Of a stretch of DNA of 64,000 nucleotides, positions 31,508-42,354 are shown piece after piece. Where the stretch lies: positions 32,001 through 96,000 of the forward strand of contig DAHVLZ010000038.1 in the NCBI GenBank assembly GCA_027320085.1. The letters run 5' to 3'. The stretch comes from Pseudomonadota bacterium. GTDB taxonomy: Bacteria > Pseudomonadota > Gammaproteobacteria > JAKAQQ01. A model generated the notes under the pieces. The model saw nothing but the letters and a program-made list of their open reading frames with translations, had not been told where the DNA came from and ran no database searches. Every line of letters begins with the position of its first letter. Position 1 is the first letter of the stretch. The translations under genes were made by a program, and so were the position numbers.

Positions 31508-32277
31508 TTGACCCAAGAGCCGTTATTGACCCCGGCGCCTGCCTAGATCCTTCCGTCGAGGTTGGGCCATTTGCCGTGATCGGCCCGGAAGTTGAGATTG
31601 GCCCTCGTTGCTCGATCGGTGCTCATGTTTCCATTAAAGGACCAACCCGGATCGGGGCCGAAAACCGAATTTATCCCTTTGCCTCGCTCGGCGATGATCC
31701 TCAAGACAAGAAGTTTCGTGGGGAAAAAACCTGGCTCTATATCGGCGATCGAAATACGATCCGGGAGTATACGACCATCAATAGAGGCACGGGACTGGGA
31801 GGAGGGGAAACCCGGATTGGGAACGATAATTGGATCATGGCATACGTCCATATTGCCCATGACTGTATTGTGGGTAATCACGTGATCATGGCTAATACCG
31901 CAGGGCTTGCGGGGCATGTTCAGGTCGATGACCATGTCGGAATCGGAGCATTCAGCAAGATCTACCAATTCTGCCGGGTGGGTTGCCATGCCTTTTTAGG
32001 GTATGAATCGGGGGTGCTGAAAGATGTCCCTCCGTATATGATGGTGTTTGGATCCCCGGCCAAACTGGTTGGTATCAATAAAGAGGGGCTCAAACGTTCG
32101 GGATTTACAGCGGAGCAGATGCAGATCATCCGGAAAGCGTATCGAATCCTGTATCGCCGTGGTTTGCGGGTGGAAGAGGCGGTTGTTGAGTTACGCCGTG
32201 AGCTTCTGGATTACCCGGATTTGCTAGCACCCATGCTCGAGGTGATTGAAAACTCCAAGCACGGTATCGCGCGTTGA
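31504..32277 (+). CDS. lpxA: UDP-N-acetylglucosamine acyltransferase LpxA
   Basis: PQDKK, IREY, HIAHDC, LAGHV. Confidence 0.96.
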   Translation: MIDPRAVIDPGACLDPSVEVGPFAVIGPEVEIGPRCSIGAHVSIKGPTRIGAENRIYPFASLGDDPQDKKFRGEKTWLYIGDRNTIREYTTINRGTGLGGGETRIGNDNWIMAYVHIAHDCIVGNHVIMANTAGLAGHVQVDDHVGIGAFSKIYQFCRVGCHAFLGYESGVLKDVPPYMMVFGSPAKLVGINKEGLKRSGFTAEQMQIIRKAYRILYRRGLRVEEAVVELRRELLDYPDLLAPMLEVIENSKHGIAR

Positions 32278-32278
32278 G

Positions 32279-33451
32279 ATGCTCAAAGTCGCCTGTTGTG
32301 TGGCTGAACTGTCCGGTGACCTCCTCGCCGCCGAGGCCCTGAAAACTCTCAAAACGCAGTTTCCCGACCTGTCTCTTCGGGGCGTCACGGGACCCCATCT
32401 GCGTGAAATCGGATGTGAAACCTTGGCCGACACGGAATCCCTTTCGGTTTCCGGCATAACGGAGGCAGTACTCCATGTTCCGCGATTATGGAAACTTCGG
32501 CAGCGGCTGTTTCGAGAAATCCTCAGGTGGCAGCCAGACTGTTTCCTGGGTGTGGATGCACCTGACTTTAATCTGGGATTGGAACGAAAGTTGCGGGAGG
32601 CAGGGATTCCCACCTTCCATTATGTGAGTCCAACTGTCTGGGCTTGGCGTCCCCGACGGGTGAAACAGGTTGAACGGGCAGCGGATGGTCTATTCTGCCT
32701 CTTTCCTTTTGAACCTGCCTACTATGCCCACACCTCCGTACGTGCTCTTTTCGTGGGGCATCCCCTTGCGGATCATCTTGACCCCGCACCTGACATCCGG
32801 CAGGCTCGCCAAGATCTGGCCCTGAATCCTGACCAGCCCACAGTAGCCTTGGTCCCGGGAAGCCGCAGGCATGAACTGGATAGCATGGCGGGTCTTATCT
32901 TTGAGGCTGCCCGCCTGTTGTCTGAAAGGAACCATTCCCTCCAATTTGTGGTGCCGGTAGCCTACCCTGCGCTACGGGATACCCTGGTCCATCTATGGGA
33001 AAAGACCGGAAATACCCTCCCGGTGCTCTGGCTCGACCGTCAGGCACCGCAAGCGATGCAAGCATCCGATATAGCCCTAGTGGCTTCTGGAACGGTTACT
33101 CTCGAAGGCATGTTGGTCGGTTGTCCAATGGTTGTAGCCTACCGCTTTTCGGCGCTCAGTGTGGCGATCGCCAAGGGAATTCTGGGCCTGCGGGTGAGAT
33201 GGGCGTCCTTCCCCAATTTGCTTGCCGATGAGCCACTCATCCCTGAATTTTTGCAAAATGAGGCCAAGCCGCAGGTATTGGCCCATGCCGTCCAAGATCT
33301 CTTGGATCATCCTGACCACTGTAAGGCGATCCGGGTTCGTTATGCAGAACTAGCCGAAATGCTGCGTCACGAGACAAACCAGACGGTCGCTGCTGAGCTG
33401 GCTTCAGCAATCGGCCGGTCAAGTTCTGGGCCAAGCTCAAATGGAAGATGA
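32279..33451 (+). CDS. lpxB: Lipid-A-disaccharide synthase
   Basis: ELSGD, DAPDFN, HYVSPTVWAWR, PGSR, SGTVTLE. Confidence 0.95.
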   Translation: MLKVACCVAELSGDLLAAEALKTLKTQFPDLSLRGVTGPHLREIGCETLADTESLSVSGITEAVLHVPRLWKLRQRLFREILRWQPDCFLGVDAPDFNLGLERKLREAGIPTFHYVSPTVWAWRPRRVKQVERAADGLFCLFPFEPAYYAHTSVRALFVGHPLADHLDPAPDIRQARQDLALNPDQPTVALVPGSRRHELDSMAGLIFEAARLLSERNHSLQFVVPVAYPALRDTLVHLWEKTGNTLPVLWLDRQAPQAMQASDIALVASGTVTLEGMLVGCPMVVAYRFSALSVAIAKGILGLRVRWASFPNLLADEPLIPEFLQNEAKPQVLAHAVQDLLDHPDHCKAIRVRYAELAEMLRHETNQTVAAELASAIGRSSSGPSSNGR

Positions 33452-34028
33452 TTCGAAAAACACCTGCTGGGCCGGTGTCGATGAGGTCGGAAGGGGACCC
33501 TTGGCCGGTCCCGTGGTTGCTGTTGCGCTATGGCTCCCGCCGGATCACCGGATCTCCGGGCTGAGAGATTCCAAGCAGCTGAGTCATGAAATGCGGGCTC
33601 GTCTGGTTCCCCAGATCCGGGCGGTAGCCCTGTCTCTGGCTATCGCCTCGGTAGCCGCGGAGGAAATTGATCGGATCAATATCCATTTTGCCACGTTGCT
33701 GGCCATGCGGCTGGCCGTGATGGCTTTGGTTCCCCGACCACCAGGTGTCTGGGTGGATGGTCGATTTGTTCCTCCTGTAGAAATCCCGGCAGAAGCACGG
33801 ATAGGAGCCGATGCCCGGTATGAGGTGGTCAGTGCTGCGTCCATTGTTGCCAAGGAGTACCGAGATCAGATGATGGCACACTGCGATCGCCTGTATCCCG
33901 GATACGGGTTTTCCCAGCACAAGGGATATCCCACTCCATGCCACCTTGAGGCCTTGGATCGGTTGGGGCCATGTCCACTCCACCGGACCACATTTGCGCC
34001 TGTTCGTGACCGGCTGGCCCGTACCTGA
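33441..34028 (+). CDS. rnhB: Ribonuclease HII
   Basis: GVDEVGRGPLAGPV, DSK, AASIVAK, HKGYPT. Confidence 0.96.
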   Translation: MEDDSKNTCWAGVDEVGRGPLAGPVVAVALWLPPDHRISGLRDSKQLSHEMRARLVPQIRAVALSLAIASVAAEEIDRINIHFATLLAMRLAVMALVPRPPGVWVDGRFVPPVEIPAEARIGADARYEVVSAASIVAKEYRDQMMAHCDRLYPGYGFSQHKGYPTPCHLEALDRLGPCPLHRTTFAPVRDRLART

Positions 34029-34039
34029 GGAAAGCCCTC

Positions 34040-37000
34040 TTGCGACATCCCTTTGTCCATCTTGATGTCCACACAGAGTTTTCACTCATCGATAGTGTCA
34101 TCCAGATCCCTGACTTGGTCCGGAAGGCCCGTGAGCTGGACATGCCCGCCATTGCGGTGACGGACCAGGGTAACCTCTTTGGAGCCGTCAAGTTTTTTGA
34201 AAATGCGGTGGCCCAGGGAATCAAGCCGCTCGTAGGAGCTGAAATCTGCTTGGCCACGGAAGAAACCCGCAGCCCGGTCGAGAAAGTCCGGGTTCTATGC
34301 CGGAGTCTGAACGGTTATCAAAATCTCTGCCGGTTATTCGACGCCAGGGCAAATTCCCAAGAAGGCATTGCAAGCCCGGTACGGAAAAGCGCCTTGGCCG
34401 AGGCTTCGCTGGATGGGTTGGTGATCCTGGCCGGAGCCGAAAGCGCCATTGGACGGTTCGCTCTTCAGGACCAGGAAATGGACGCACAGCGGGAAATCGA
34501 GCGGTGGGCACGAATTGCGGGATCCGATTTTTATCTGGTGGTCTCCAGGATCGGCAGCCCTCAGGAAGAACTCTTAAATGACCGGCTATGTGACCTGGCT
34601 GAACGGAATGGTATACCCCTGGTTGCAACGAATGCGGTTCGGTTTTTGACCCCCGATGATTATGAAGCGCATGAAGCCCGTGTTTGCATCCAGCATGGCT
34701 GGGTCCTGAACGATCCCGCACGCGAACGGCGATATACGGAGCAGCAGTATCTGAAATCAGGACAGGAGATGGAGGAACTCTTCGCAGACTGGAGTGAGGC
34801 GGTTTCCAACACCCTCGAGGTGGCGAGACGATGCAACTTTGAATTTTCGATGAACCGGATCCTGCTGCCGGCGTACCCGGTTGCCTCAAGCCAAGGGGTA
34901 GAGGAAGCCCTCCGTCAAAGGGCTTTGGAGGGTTTCACTAAAAGGAGCGAGCGGGTCCGGCTCCGGCGTGGAGCGGCCTTTCTGGAGGCATCCTACCGGG
35001 AGCGGCTTGAGACTGAGCTTGATGTCATTGGCCGAATGGGATTTGCCGGATATTTCCTGATTGTTTCGGATTTCATTGATTGGGCCCGATCAAAGGAAAT
35101 CCCCGTGGGTCCGGGTCGGGGATCAGGGGCCGGATCCCTGGTTGCCTATACGCTCGGGATTACGGATCTGGACCCGCTGGAACATGGGTTACTTTTCGAG
35201 CGTTTCCTGAATCCGGAACGAGTGACCATGCCTGATTTCGATGTGGACTTCTGCATTGAAGGACGTGATCAGGTGATTCGTTACGTGGAGGATCGCTACG
35301 GACGAAAACAGGTTGCCCAGATTGCCACCTTTGGCACCATGGCTGCAAGAGCTGTGGTACGGGATGTCGTGCGGGTTTTGGGGTTGCCCTATGGTTTTGC
35401 GGATCGACTCGCGAAACTAATTCCATTCGAGCTTCACATGACCCTTGATCGTGCGCTTGCAGAAGAACCAGAGCTGAAATCCTGGTATGACTCGGATGAG
35501 ACAGTAAAAACCGTCGTTGACCTGGGACGAAAACTGGAGGGGCGGGTTCGTTCAGTGGGCAAGCATGCGGGTGGTGTCGTCATTGCGCCGACTTCGCTGA
35601 CGGACTATTTGCCGCTGTTCAATGACACCGATTCCAACGGTTTTATCACCCAATACGACAAGGATGATCTTGAACACCTGGGGCTCGTCAAGTTTGATTT
35701 TCTTGGCCTTACGACACTCACGATCATTGACCGGACTGTCCGCCGGATCCAGTCGCTCAAGGACCAGGAGATTTTCACCCTGGATCAGATCTCGATGCAC
35801 GATGCGGCCACTTTTCATCTTCTCCAGTCGTGTGAGACAACGGCTATTTTCCAGCTTGAATCCCGCGGCATGAGAGATCTGATCCGTCGGCTCAAGCCAG
35901 ACCGCTTTGATGACGTCGTCGCGCTGGTTGCACTTTTCCGCCCCGGTCCCCTGCAGTCGGGTATGGTCAGTGATTTCATCAATCGTAAACATGGGCAGGC
36001 TCCGATCACTTATCTTCATCCGACATTGAAGCCGATTCTCGCGGATACCTATGGGGTTATTTTGTATCAAGAGCAGGTCATGCAGATCGCCCGGGATCTT
36101 GCCGGTTATAGCTTGGGGGCGGCTGACCTTCTGCGGCGGGCGATGGGTAAGAAAAAGCCCGAGGAGATGGCACAGCAACGGAGTGGTTTTGTGACAGGGG
36201 CTGTGTTGCGAAAAATTCCGAAGCAGACGGCGGAAGAAATATTCGATTTAATGGAAAAATTCGCGGGCTACGGGTTTAACAAGTCTCACTCCGTGGCTTA
36301 TGCCTTGCTGGCCTACCAGACCGCTTGGCTCAAGGCACATTTCCCGGCCCCTTTTATGGCTTCGGTCCTGACGGCAGAAATGGGGCATCTGGAAAAATTG
36401 CCTCCGCTTTTGACCGACTGTACCCGGAGAGACCTGCAAGTTCTGCCCCCGGATATTAATCGCTCAGAATACGGATTTTTGGTCGAAGAAGGAGGGATCC
36501 GCTACGGTCTCGGTGCCATCAAGGGCGTGGGCCAGTCGTTTTCCGAGTCGGTTGTGCGAACGAGAGCATCCGCCCCTTTCGCGGGTCTTGAGGATTTCTG
36601 CCAGCGCATGGGTCCAACGCTCAATCGTCGAACCTTTGAGGCCCTGATTAAATCGGGTGCTTTTGACGGCTTTGGGACTTCGCGGTCTCAACTGTTGGCC
36701 CGGATCAACTCTCTGATGGCCCTGGCTGAACAGTATGTCCGTTCTGACCATCAAAATGATTTTTTTGGGCTGCCAGGTGAGGCCCGTTACGAGGAGGATC
36801 CGGCTGCTCAAGAATTAACCTCGGTGAAAGCGAGCTTCCTGGAAACCTTGGAGCAGGAAAAGGAGGTTTTGGGTTTTTACTTGAGTGGACATCCGATGGA
36901 ACTGTACCGGCAAGAATGGGCCGACTTCGGGCTGCGTCCTCTCTCCGAGTCCTTGCGTCAGGTGGAAAACGCCTCAACACCGCTGCAACTGACGGTGGGT

Positions 37001-37561
37001 GGCCTGCTTGATTCCATGCGTTGGAAGCCGGACCGTGGTCATGGTTTTCTGGAGGATGGGACAGGCCGTATTGAAGTCGTATTGTTTGGAGAGGATTTGG
37101 TCAAGGCCTTCAGGAAAGTTTCCTCCAATACACCTGTGGTGGTTCAGGGATCAGTAGGTTTTGATGAATATGCCGGAGACTGGAGATTCAGGGTCAAGAA
37201 TGTCGAGCTCTATGACCGATGGCGTGCGTTGAATTGCCGACTGCTGGTTCTGTCGTGGCATGATCGCGAGGAGGGGAGGAATTTTCCGGGTCGGCGAGTG
37301 ATTGAGTTGTTGCAGCAGCATCGGGGGGGGGCGACCGGACTCCGTATCCGTTATACGACAAGGGGGATCCAGGCCGTTTTACGACCCCGGGAGGAGCCCG
37401 GGATTAGGCTTTCATCCGATCTGCTGGATGCCCTTAGGGAGCTCTTGGGGGCCGAATCCATTCGATTTGTGCCCTCGAAACAGCCGGCCCCGGGTGGGAA
37501 GAACTTAGACCCACGAAATACGGGAACAGCCGGTTTGCGTGGATGGGCTGCGAGCCGTTGA
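34040..37561 (+). CDS. dnaE: DNA polymerase III alpha subunit
   Basis: PHP domain, GRGSGAGS, PDFDVD, KFDFLGL, FNKSH. Confidence 0.97.
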   Translation: MRHPFVHLDVHTEFSLIDSVIQIPDLVRKARELDMPAIAVTDQGNLFGAVKFFENAVAQGIKPLVGAEICLATEETRSPVEKVRVLCRSLNGYQNLCRLFDARANSQEGIASPVRKSALAEASLDGLVILAGAESAIGRFALQDQEMDAQREIERWARIAGSDFYLVVSRIGSPQEELLNDRLCDLAERNGIPLVATNAVRFLTPDDYEAHEARVCIQHGWVLNDPARERRYTEQQYLKSGQEMEELFADWSEAVSNTLEVARRCNFEFSMNRILLPAYPVASSQGVEEALRQRALEGFTKRSERVRLRRGAAFLEASYRERLETELDVIGRMGFAGYFLIVSDFIDWARSKEIPVGPGRGSGAGSLVAYTLGITDLDPLEHGLLFERFLNPERVTMPDFDVDFCIEGRDQVIRYVEDRYGRKQVAQIATFGTMAARAVVRDVVRVLGLPYGFADRLAKLIPFELHMTLDRALAEEPELKSWYDSDETVKTVVDLGRKLEGRVRSVGKHAGGVVIAPTSLTDYLPLFNDTDSNGFITQYDKDDLEHLGLVKFDFLGLTTLTIIDRTVRRIQSLKDQEIFTLDQISMHDAATFHLLQSCETTAIFQLESRGMRDLIRRLKPDRFDDVVALVALFRPGPLQSGMVSDFINRKHGQAPITYLHPTLKPILADTYGVILYQEQVMQIARDLAGYSLGAADLLRRAMGKKKPEEMAQQRSGFVTGAVLRKIPKQTAEEIFDLMEKFAGYGFNKSHSVAYALLAYQTAWLKAHFPAPFMASVLTAEMGHLEKLPPLLTDCTRRDLQVLPPDINRSEYGFLVEEGGIRYGLGAIKGVGQSFSESVVRTRASAPFAGLEDFCQRMGPTLNRRTFEALIKSGAFDGFGTSRSQLLARINSLMALAEQYVRSDHQNDFFGLPGEARYEEDPAAQELTSVKASFLETLEQEKEVLGFYLSGHPMELYRQEWADFGLRPLSESLRQVENASTPLQLTVGGLLDSMRWKPDRGHGFLEDGTGRIEVVLFGEDLVKAFRKVSSNTPVVVQGSVGFDEYAGDWRFRVKNVELYDRWRALNCRLLVLSWHDREEGRNFPGRRVIELLQQHRGGATGLRIRYTTRGIQAVLRPREEPGIRLSSDLLDALRELLGAESIRFVPSKQPAPGGKNLDPRNTGTAGLRGWAASR

Positions 37562-37889
37562 TTGCCCCTCCTGTGTCTCGACCGGCAGTAAACCCAAGTT
37601 TACCCTTCTTTTCCAGTGCATCGGACGTTTTTCGACTGTTGCCAGGATGGCTCGAGAATCGGTTTTGGCCGATGAAATGCCGAGCGTATTGTCGGTGGGG
37701 TGAGGCAAGCAGCCGGTCGTCTTTTTGCACAGTTCGAGATCGAGAAAATGGGAGGGACTCTGCTGGATTTGTATTCCTCGCTTGAAACTCTGGCACAATA
37801 ATCGGGATACGGCTGCAGGCCGGTACGCAGAACCCCTGACACCGGCAGGTCCTCGTGTTTTGGTTGTAAAACCTGGAAGATCCTGAGAC

Positions 37890-38843
37890 ATGCAGAGCCA
37901 TTTTCTGGATTTTGAAACCCCTATTGCTGAAATTGAGGCGCAGCTCGTTGAGCTCAGGAGGCTCAAGGAGTCTGGGGAAGCTGTGGATGAAGAAATTGCA
38001 CGATTGTCCCGGCTCAATCAGGAGAAAACCCAAGCCATATTTTCAAACCTGGATCCTTGGAAGATTACGCAACTTTCCCGGCATCCCCAAAGACCTTACA
38101 CGCTGGACTATGTTGCCCATCTCTTTACGGACGTCGAGTTCCTCGCCGGCGACCGGTGTTTTGCCGACGATCCATCTTTGGTGGGAGGGGTGGGCCGCTT
38201 CGAAGACCACCCCATTCTTTTCCTGGGCCACCAGAAGGGGCGTGACGTCAAGGAAAAGGTGGCCCGTAATTTTGGCATGCCAAAGCCCGAGGGTTATCGC
38301 AAGGCATTGCGCCTGATGCGTCTGGCGGAAACCTTTCGCCTGCCCATCCTGACTTTTATCGACACCCCGGGAGCTTACCCCGGGGTAGATGCTGAAAAAC
38401 ACAACCAGAGCGAGGCGATCGCGCGTAATCTTGAAGTCTTGGCCCAGTTACGCGTCCCCATTATCTGTTGCGTCATCGGTGAGGGCGGGTCTGGTGGAGC
38501 ACTGGCCATTGGTGTGGGAGATCGGCTTCTCATGCTCCAATACAGCATTTATTCGGTGATTTCACCCGAGGGTTGTGCCTCGATTCTCTGGAAAAGTGCT
38601 TCCAAAGCCCCGGAAGCGGCTGCCACGCTGGGTCTTACAGCGGACAGAATCCTGGATCTTGGACTGGTCGATGAGATCATTCCGGAGCCCCCGGGAGGCG
38701 CCCACCGGGATTTTGCCACAACCATGAAATCGGTCAGGGCTGGGATTGCCAAACACTTGTCTGTGCTGCTGTCCAAGCCGCTGGATGATATGGTTGCCGA
38801 ACGTCTTAATCGTCTCATGCATTTTGGGGTGTATACCAACTGA
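37890..38843 (+). CDS. accA: Acetyl-CoA carboxylase carboxyltransferase alpha
   Basis: [37 protein letters not shown]. Confidence 0.97.
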   Translation: MQSHFLDFETPIAEIEAQLVELRRLKESGEAVDEEIARLSRLNQEKTQAIFSNLDPWKITQLSRHPQRPYTLDYVAHLFTDVEFLAGDRCFADDPSLVGGVGRFEDHPILFLGHQKGRDVKEKVARNFGMPKPEGYRKALRLMRLAETFRLPILTFIDTPGAYPGVDAEKHNQSEAIARNLEVLAQLRVPIICCVIGEGGSGGALAIGVGDRLLMLQYSIYSVISPEGCASILWKSASKAPEAAATLGLTADRILDLGLVDEIIPEPPGGAHRDFATTMKSVRAGIAKHLSVLLSKPLDDMVAERLNRLMHFGVYTN

Positions 38844-38872
38844 AACCATCGAACCGGGTCAACGCTCACGCA

Positions 38873-40258
38873 TTGAAGGAAATCCTGGAAGAGGTTCCGA
38901 ACGGAAAAGGCTATTTGGTTGCCTGTTCAGGAGGGCTCGATTCCACAGTCCTCCTGCATGTCCTTTCTCACCATCGCGATCTTTTTCCTTTGCCCTTGCG
39001 GGCCATTCATGTGGACCACCACGCGCATCCCGCAGCCACGCTGTTCAGGGACTTCGTCTCTGAATGGGCAACCCGCTGGCAGGTCCCCCTGATCCTGGCT
39101 GAGATCCGGGTGCCTGACCGGACCCCCGAAGGATGGGAGGCAACTGCACGCCGTCTTCGCTACGAGTCGGTGGCCCGTCATCTGCTTCCGGGAGAAATTT
39201 TACTTACGGCGCATCATGCCGATGATCAGCTGGAGACGGTTTTGCTCAATTTGTTGCGGGGTTCCGGACACCAAGGATTGCGGGGTATGTCCCACCGTAT
39301 CCAGCCACTGGGTGAAGGTTTCCTGTTTCGCCCGTTGTTGGGTTTTTCACGAAAGGAACTGAGAGCGTATGCAGAGTGGGCAGGGATTCGATGGCTGGAG
39401 GATCCGACTAACCGGAATACGGTATCGTCTCGAAACTACTTGAGGTCGCAGGTAATCCCCGCCCTCGCCGAGCGCTGGCCTGAGGCCAGCCGCAAAACGA
39501 CCCTGTGCACCAGCCTGCTGGAAACGGAGCAGGAAATCTTATCCGACTTCCTCGAGAAAACCCTCGATTCGGTTTCTGAACCGTCCTGGGGAGGACTTTC
39601 CATCCAGGAACTGGAAAAACAGGAAGAAAAACGATTGCCGATCCTTCTCCGTGCCTGGATCAGGCAGTTGCAGGCTCCACCCCCTCCTCAGAAGTGCCTT
39701 GAAGTGTTGATCCGTAATTTTTTCTCAGAAAGGCGGAATCACGCTGAGGTCAGGTGGAAGGGCCACCTCTTGGTTACTTATGATGGCTGCCTTTTTCTGG
39801 TTCCCCCGATGCCAGATCCGCCACAAAGTCCGCTCTCCGATTTTGATCCGGAAAAGGGACGGTGGATCCTCTGGCCCGGTTGGGGTTGTCTCGAACTGAA
39901 CCCAGGTATGCGAGATCGGATTTCCAGTGTGACCGAGAACCCCGCGGAATGGCGGGTTTTTGTCCGTGCCGGAGGCGAACGCCTGCACTGGCACCATGCC
40001 GGCCATCATGTTGTTCTCAAGGAATTGCTCAGGGAAATGCGTATGCCACCCTGGTTGCGCCAGCGTACGCCGGTTCTCACCTGGAAGGGCTCCATTTTTT
40101 CTATCGGCAGCTGGTTCTGGGACGGGACTCGCTGGAATGGGGGCCCGGGGAAGAGCGCAGGTCCCGTGATTTGGGTACCAGAACACCCGGGATTGCGGCG
40201 CGAGTGCTCTCGCTATACGAGTTTTCTAGAGACTCGGCAATCAATCCACAGGTCGTGA
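38873..40258 (+). CDS. tilS: tRNA(Ile)-lysidine synthase
   Basis: SGGLDS PP-loop, AHHADDQLET, RPLL, RNYLR; follows accA. Confidence 0.93.
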   Translation: MKEILEEVPNGKGYLVACSGGLDSTVLLHVLSHHRDLFPLPLRAIHVDHHAHPAATLFRDFVSEWATRWQVPLILAEIRVPDRTPEGWEATARRLRYESVARHLLPGEILLTAHHADDQLETVLLNLLRGSGHQGLRGMSHRIQPLGEGFLFRPLLGFSRKELRAYAEWAGIRWLEDPTNRNTVSSRNYLRSQVIPALAERWPEASRKTTLCTSLLETEQEILSDFLEKTLDSVSEPSWGGLSIQELEKQEEKRLPILLRAWIRQLQAPPPPQKCLEVLIRNFFSERRNHAEVRWKGHLLVTYDGCLFLVPPMPDPPQSPLSDFDPEKGRWILWPGWGCLELNPGMRDRISSVTENPAEWRVFVRAGGERLHWHHAGHHVVLKELLREMRMPPWLRQRTPVLTWKGSIFSIGSWFWDGTRWNGGPGKSAGPVIWVPEHPGLRRECSRYTSFLETRQSIHRS

Positions 40259-40266
40259 ATGCGGCC

Positions 40267-41262
40267 TCAATGCCAGGGACGGTGATAGGCTCCCAGCGTG
40301 GTTTGAGCACCCTCTGCCAATCGTGTCAATCCCGCCTGCCAATCGGGATCCGGTCGATAGCGCTCCGGATGGTTCAGGCAGGCATCGATCGCAGCCCGGA
40401 GGATCGTGGTGACCTGGCGGACGTAGGAAGGGCCTCGTTGGCGCCCCTCCACCTTGAGAGCCTGCACTCCAGCCCGCATGAGGGACGGCAGGATGTCTAG
40501 GGTATTGAGGCTGGTGGGTTCTTCCAGCGCGTAGTACACGGACTCTTCCACCTGGTAACGGCCCTTGCACAAGGTTGGATAAGCCGCCTTTTCAGTTCCC
40601 CGGTATCGGTCGACCAAGACCTCATTGACCCGCGCTTCCAGTCCGGCAGGGGTCCGTGCCCAGTGAACGTGTGAAGCCGGTGAGCAGGCACCGTAGCTAT
40701 TGGGCGATCGGCCTGTAACATAGCTGGATAAAAGGCAGCGTCCTTCGGCCATGACACATAAACTCCCGAATCCGAAAACCTCGATAGCGACAGGGGCCTG
40801 GCGGACAATGGCCGAAACCTGCCGCAACGATAAAACACGAGGTAGCACGGCGCGCCGAATGCCGAACAGCCGCTGATAAAAACCAAGTGCTTCCCGGTTG
40901 GTCGCAGAGGCTTGAACCGAGAGGTGAAGGGGCATGTCCGGCCATTTGTCTCTTGCGTATTCCAGAAGGCCGAGATCCGCCAGAATGAGTGCATCCACCT
41001 CCTCTGTGGCCGCCGTGTCAACGGCGGCGGTCCAAAGTGGCCATCCCGCCGGTTGAGGGTAAGTGTTGATGGCGACGAAGATCCTTTTTTGCTTCCTGTG
41101 GACGTAGTGAACGGCCTCGCGCAAGGATTCTGGAGTGAAGTTAAGACCCGGAAAATGTCGGGCATTGGTTGCATCCCGAAATCCGGTATAAACCGCATCT
41201 GCGCCATGATCAATGGCTGCTCGCAACGAACCCATATTTCCGGCAGGGCAGACCAGCTCCAC
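40267..41262 (-). CDS. ubiU: O2-independent ubiquinone hydroxylation protein UbiU (U32 family)
   Basis: ELVCPAG, TNARHF, CVMAEGRC...GACSP...PTLCKGRY Fe-S cysteines, KVEGRQR, C-terminal GAY.RPW. Confidence 0.93.
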   Translation of the reverse strand: MELVCPAGNMGSLRAAIDHGADAVYTGFRDATNARHFPGLNFTPESLREAVHYVHRKQKRIFVAINTYPQPAGWPLWTAAVDTAATEEVDALILADLGLLEYARDKWPDMPLHLSVQASATNREALGFYQRLFGIRRAVLPRVLSLRQVSAIVRQAPVAIEVFGFGSLCVMAEGRCLLSSYVTGRSPNSYGACSPASHVHWARTPAGLEARVNEVLVDRYRGTEKAAYPTLCKGRYQVEESVYYALEEPTSLNTLDILPSLMRAGVQALKVEGRQRGPSYVRQVTTILRAAIDACLNHPERYRPDPDWQAGLTRLAEGAQTTLGAYHRPWH

Positions 41263-41368
41263 GGGTACTCCTCGCGATCTCGCATGATGATTCCATGGCT
41301 ATGGTATAGCGGAGCGGGTCCGTGCTTCAGGCCGGGAGGCTGCATTCACTGCTTTTTCAAACGAAAGC

Positions 41369-41410
41369 TTGACGAAAGTCAAATCGATGAAGCAAGGCCC
41401 CCGCTATGAT
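41369..41410 (+). promoter_or_regulatory. FNR/Anr-type box with -10 element upstream of ubiT
   Basis: Palindrome TTGAC-GAAA-GTCAA (41369-41382) and TATGAT (41405-41410); spacing fits a class II (-41.5) promoter. Confidence 0.75.
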
Positions 41411-41465
41411 CTACATGTTTTTGGTCAATCCAGGTTGAGTGCGCCATGACTCGTAAGGCAAGGCG

Positions 41466-42029
41466 ATGGGCATGAGTCTGGGTATCCGTTCGGTTTTGAC
41501 CGACACGCTAGAAGAATCCTTCCGCCGGATTCCCCATGGTTGCCAGCAGTTAAGCTTGGAGCTTTTTCTCAACCTTTTTTTCACGTCCCACCGACATCGG
41601 GGTGACCTTGATTTTTTGGAAGGGCATCTTCTTGCCATTGAGGTCGAGGACCTCAATTGGCGCTGGCCCATCACGGTTCGGAATCACAGCATCCAGGTCT
41701 TGCCGAAAACCACTCCAGCCGATACAGTGATCCGGAGTCAATTTTCCGATCTTTTGGCTTTAATGTTTCAGGAGGTTGATCCGGATACTCTTTTTTTCCA
41801 GCGTCGGCTGGTTATTGAAGGAGAGACTGAAGTAGGCCTGGGGTTCAAAAATTTTATAGAGGGTTTATCTCCGTCCCACTGGCCTGCTCCATTCCGGCTT
41901 GGTTGCTACGGCCTGAGGAAAATCCGGCAGTCATGCCGGAACCACCAGCCTGCCATAAAAATGGAAAACATCTGTTCTGATCCTGGCCATGATGTGGCAC
42001 GATCAAAGGCATCTCGCAGAAACACGTGA
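41466..42029 (+). CDS. ubiT: SCP2-domain ubiquinone accessory factor UbiT
   Basis: DPDTLFFQRRL.IEG.TE.GL..KN motif; lies between ubiU and ubiV. Confidence 0.88.
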   Translation: MGMSLGIRSVLTDTLEESFRRIPHGCQQLSLELFLNLFFTSHRHRGDLDFLEGHLLAIEVEDLNWRWPITVRNHSIQVLPKTTPADTVIRSQFSDLLALMFQEVDPDTLFFQRRLVIEGETEVGLGFKNFIEGLSPSHWPAPFRLGCYGLRKIRQSCRNHQPAIKMENICSDPGHDVARSKASRRNT

Positions 42030-42036
42030 CTGCGAA

Positions 42037-42354
42037 ATGAAAATTTCCGATTATCGCGAAGAAATAGATGAACTTGATCGACGGCTGGTGGCTTTGCTGG
42101 CCCAGCGTGAGCAGCTGGTTCGGCTCATCCACACCGGCAAGTCCCATGCACGGGAGCCACTTTATTCTCCTGAGCGAGAACAAGAAGTCCTCTCTCATGT
42201 GCGCCATTTGGCGGTCCAGTTTGGTCTTTCTGAATCACTGGTCGTGGAAATTTACCTCAAGATCGTCCGTAATTTCCTGGAGCCAGGGCAAGAGGAACTG
42301 TTATCGCCTCCTGAAGTGATTCTCACTGACGTTCATCATGCGGAAAATTCCTGA
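42037..42354 (+). CDS. Standalone AroQ-class chorismate mutase (or PchB-like lyase)
   Basis: REEIDELDRRLVALLAQR...K...PEREQEVL AroQ signature; 105 aa. Confidence 0.82.
   Translation: MKISDYREEIDELDRRLVALLAQREQLVRLIHTGKSHAREPLYSPEREQEVLSHVRHLAVQFGLSESLVVEIYLKIVRNFLEPGQEELLSPPEVILTDVHHAENS

Noticed and set aside
37791-37806. TGGCAC as a possible sigma-54 -24 element before accA
   Set aside because: No TTGC -12 element at the required spacing.
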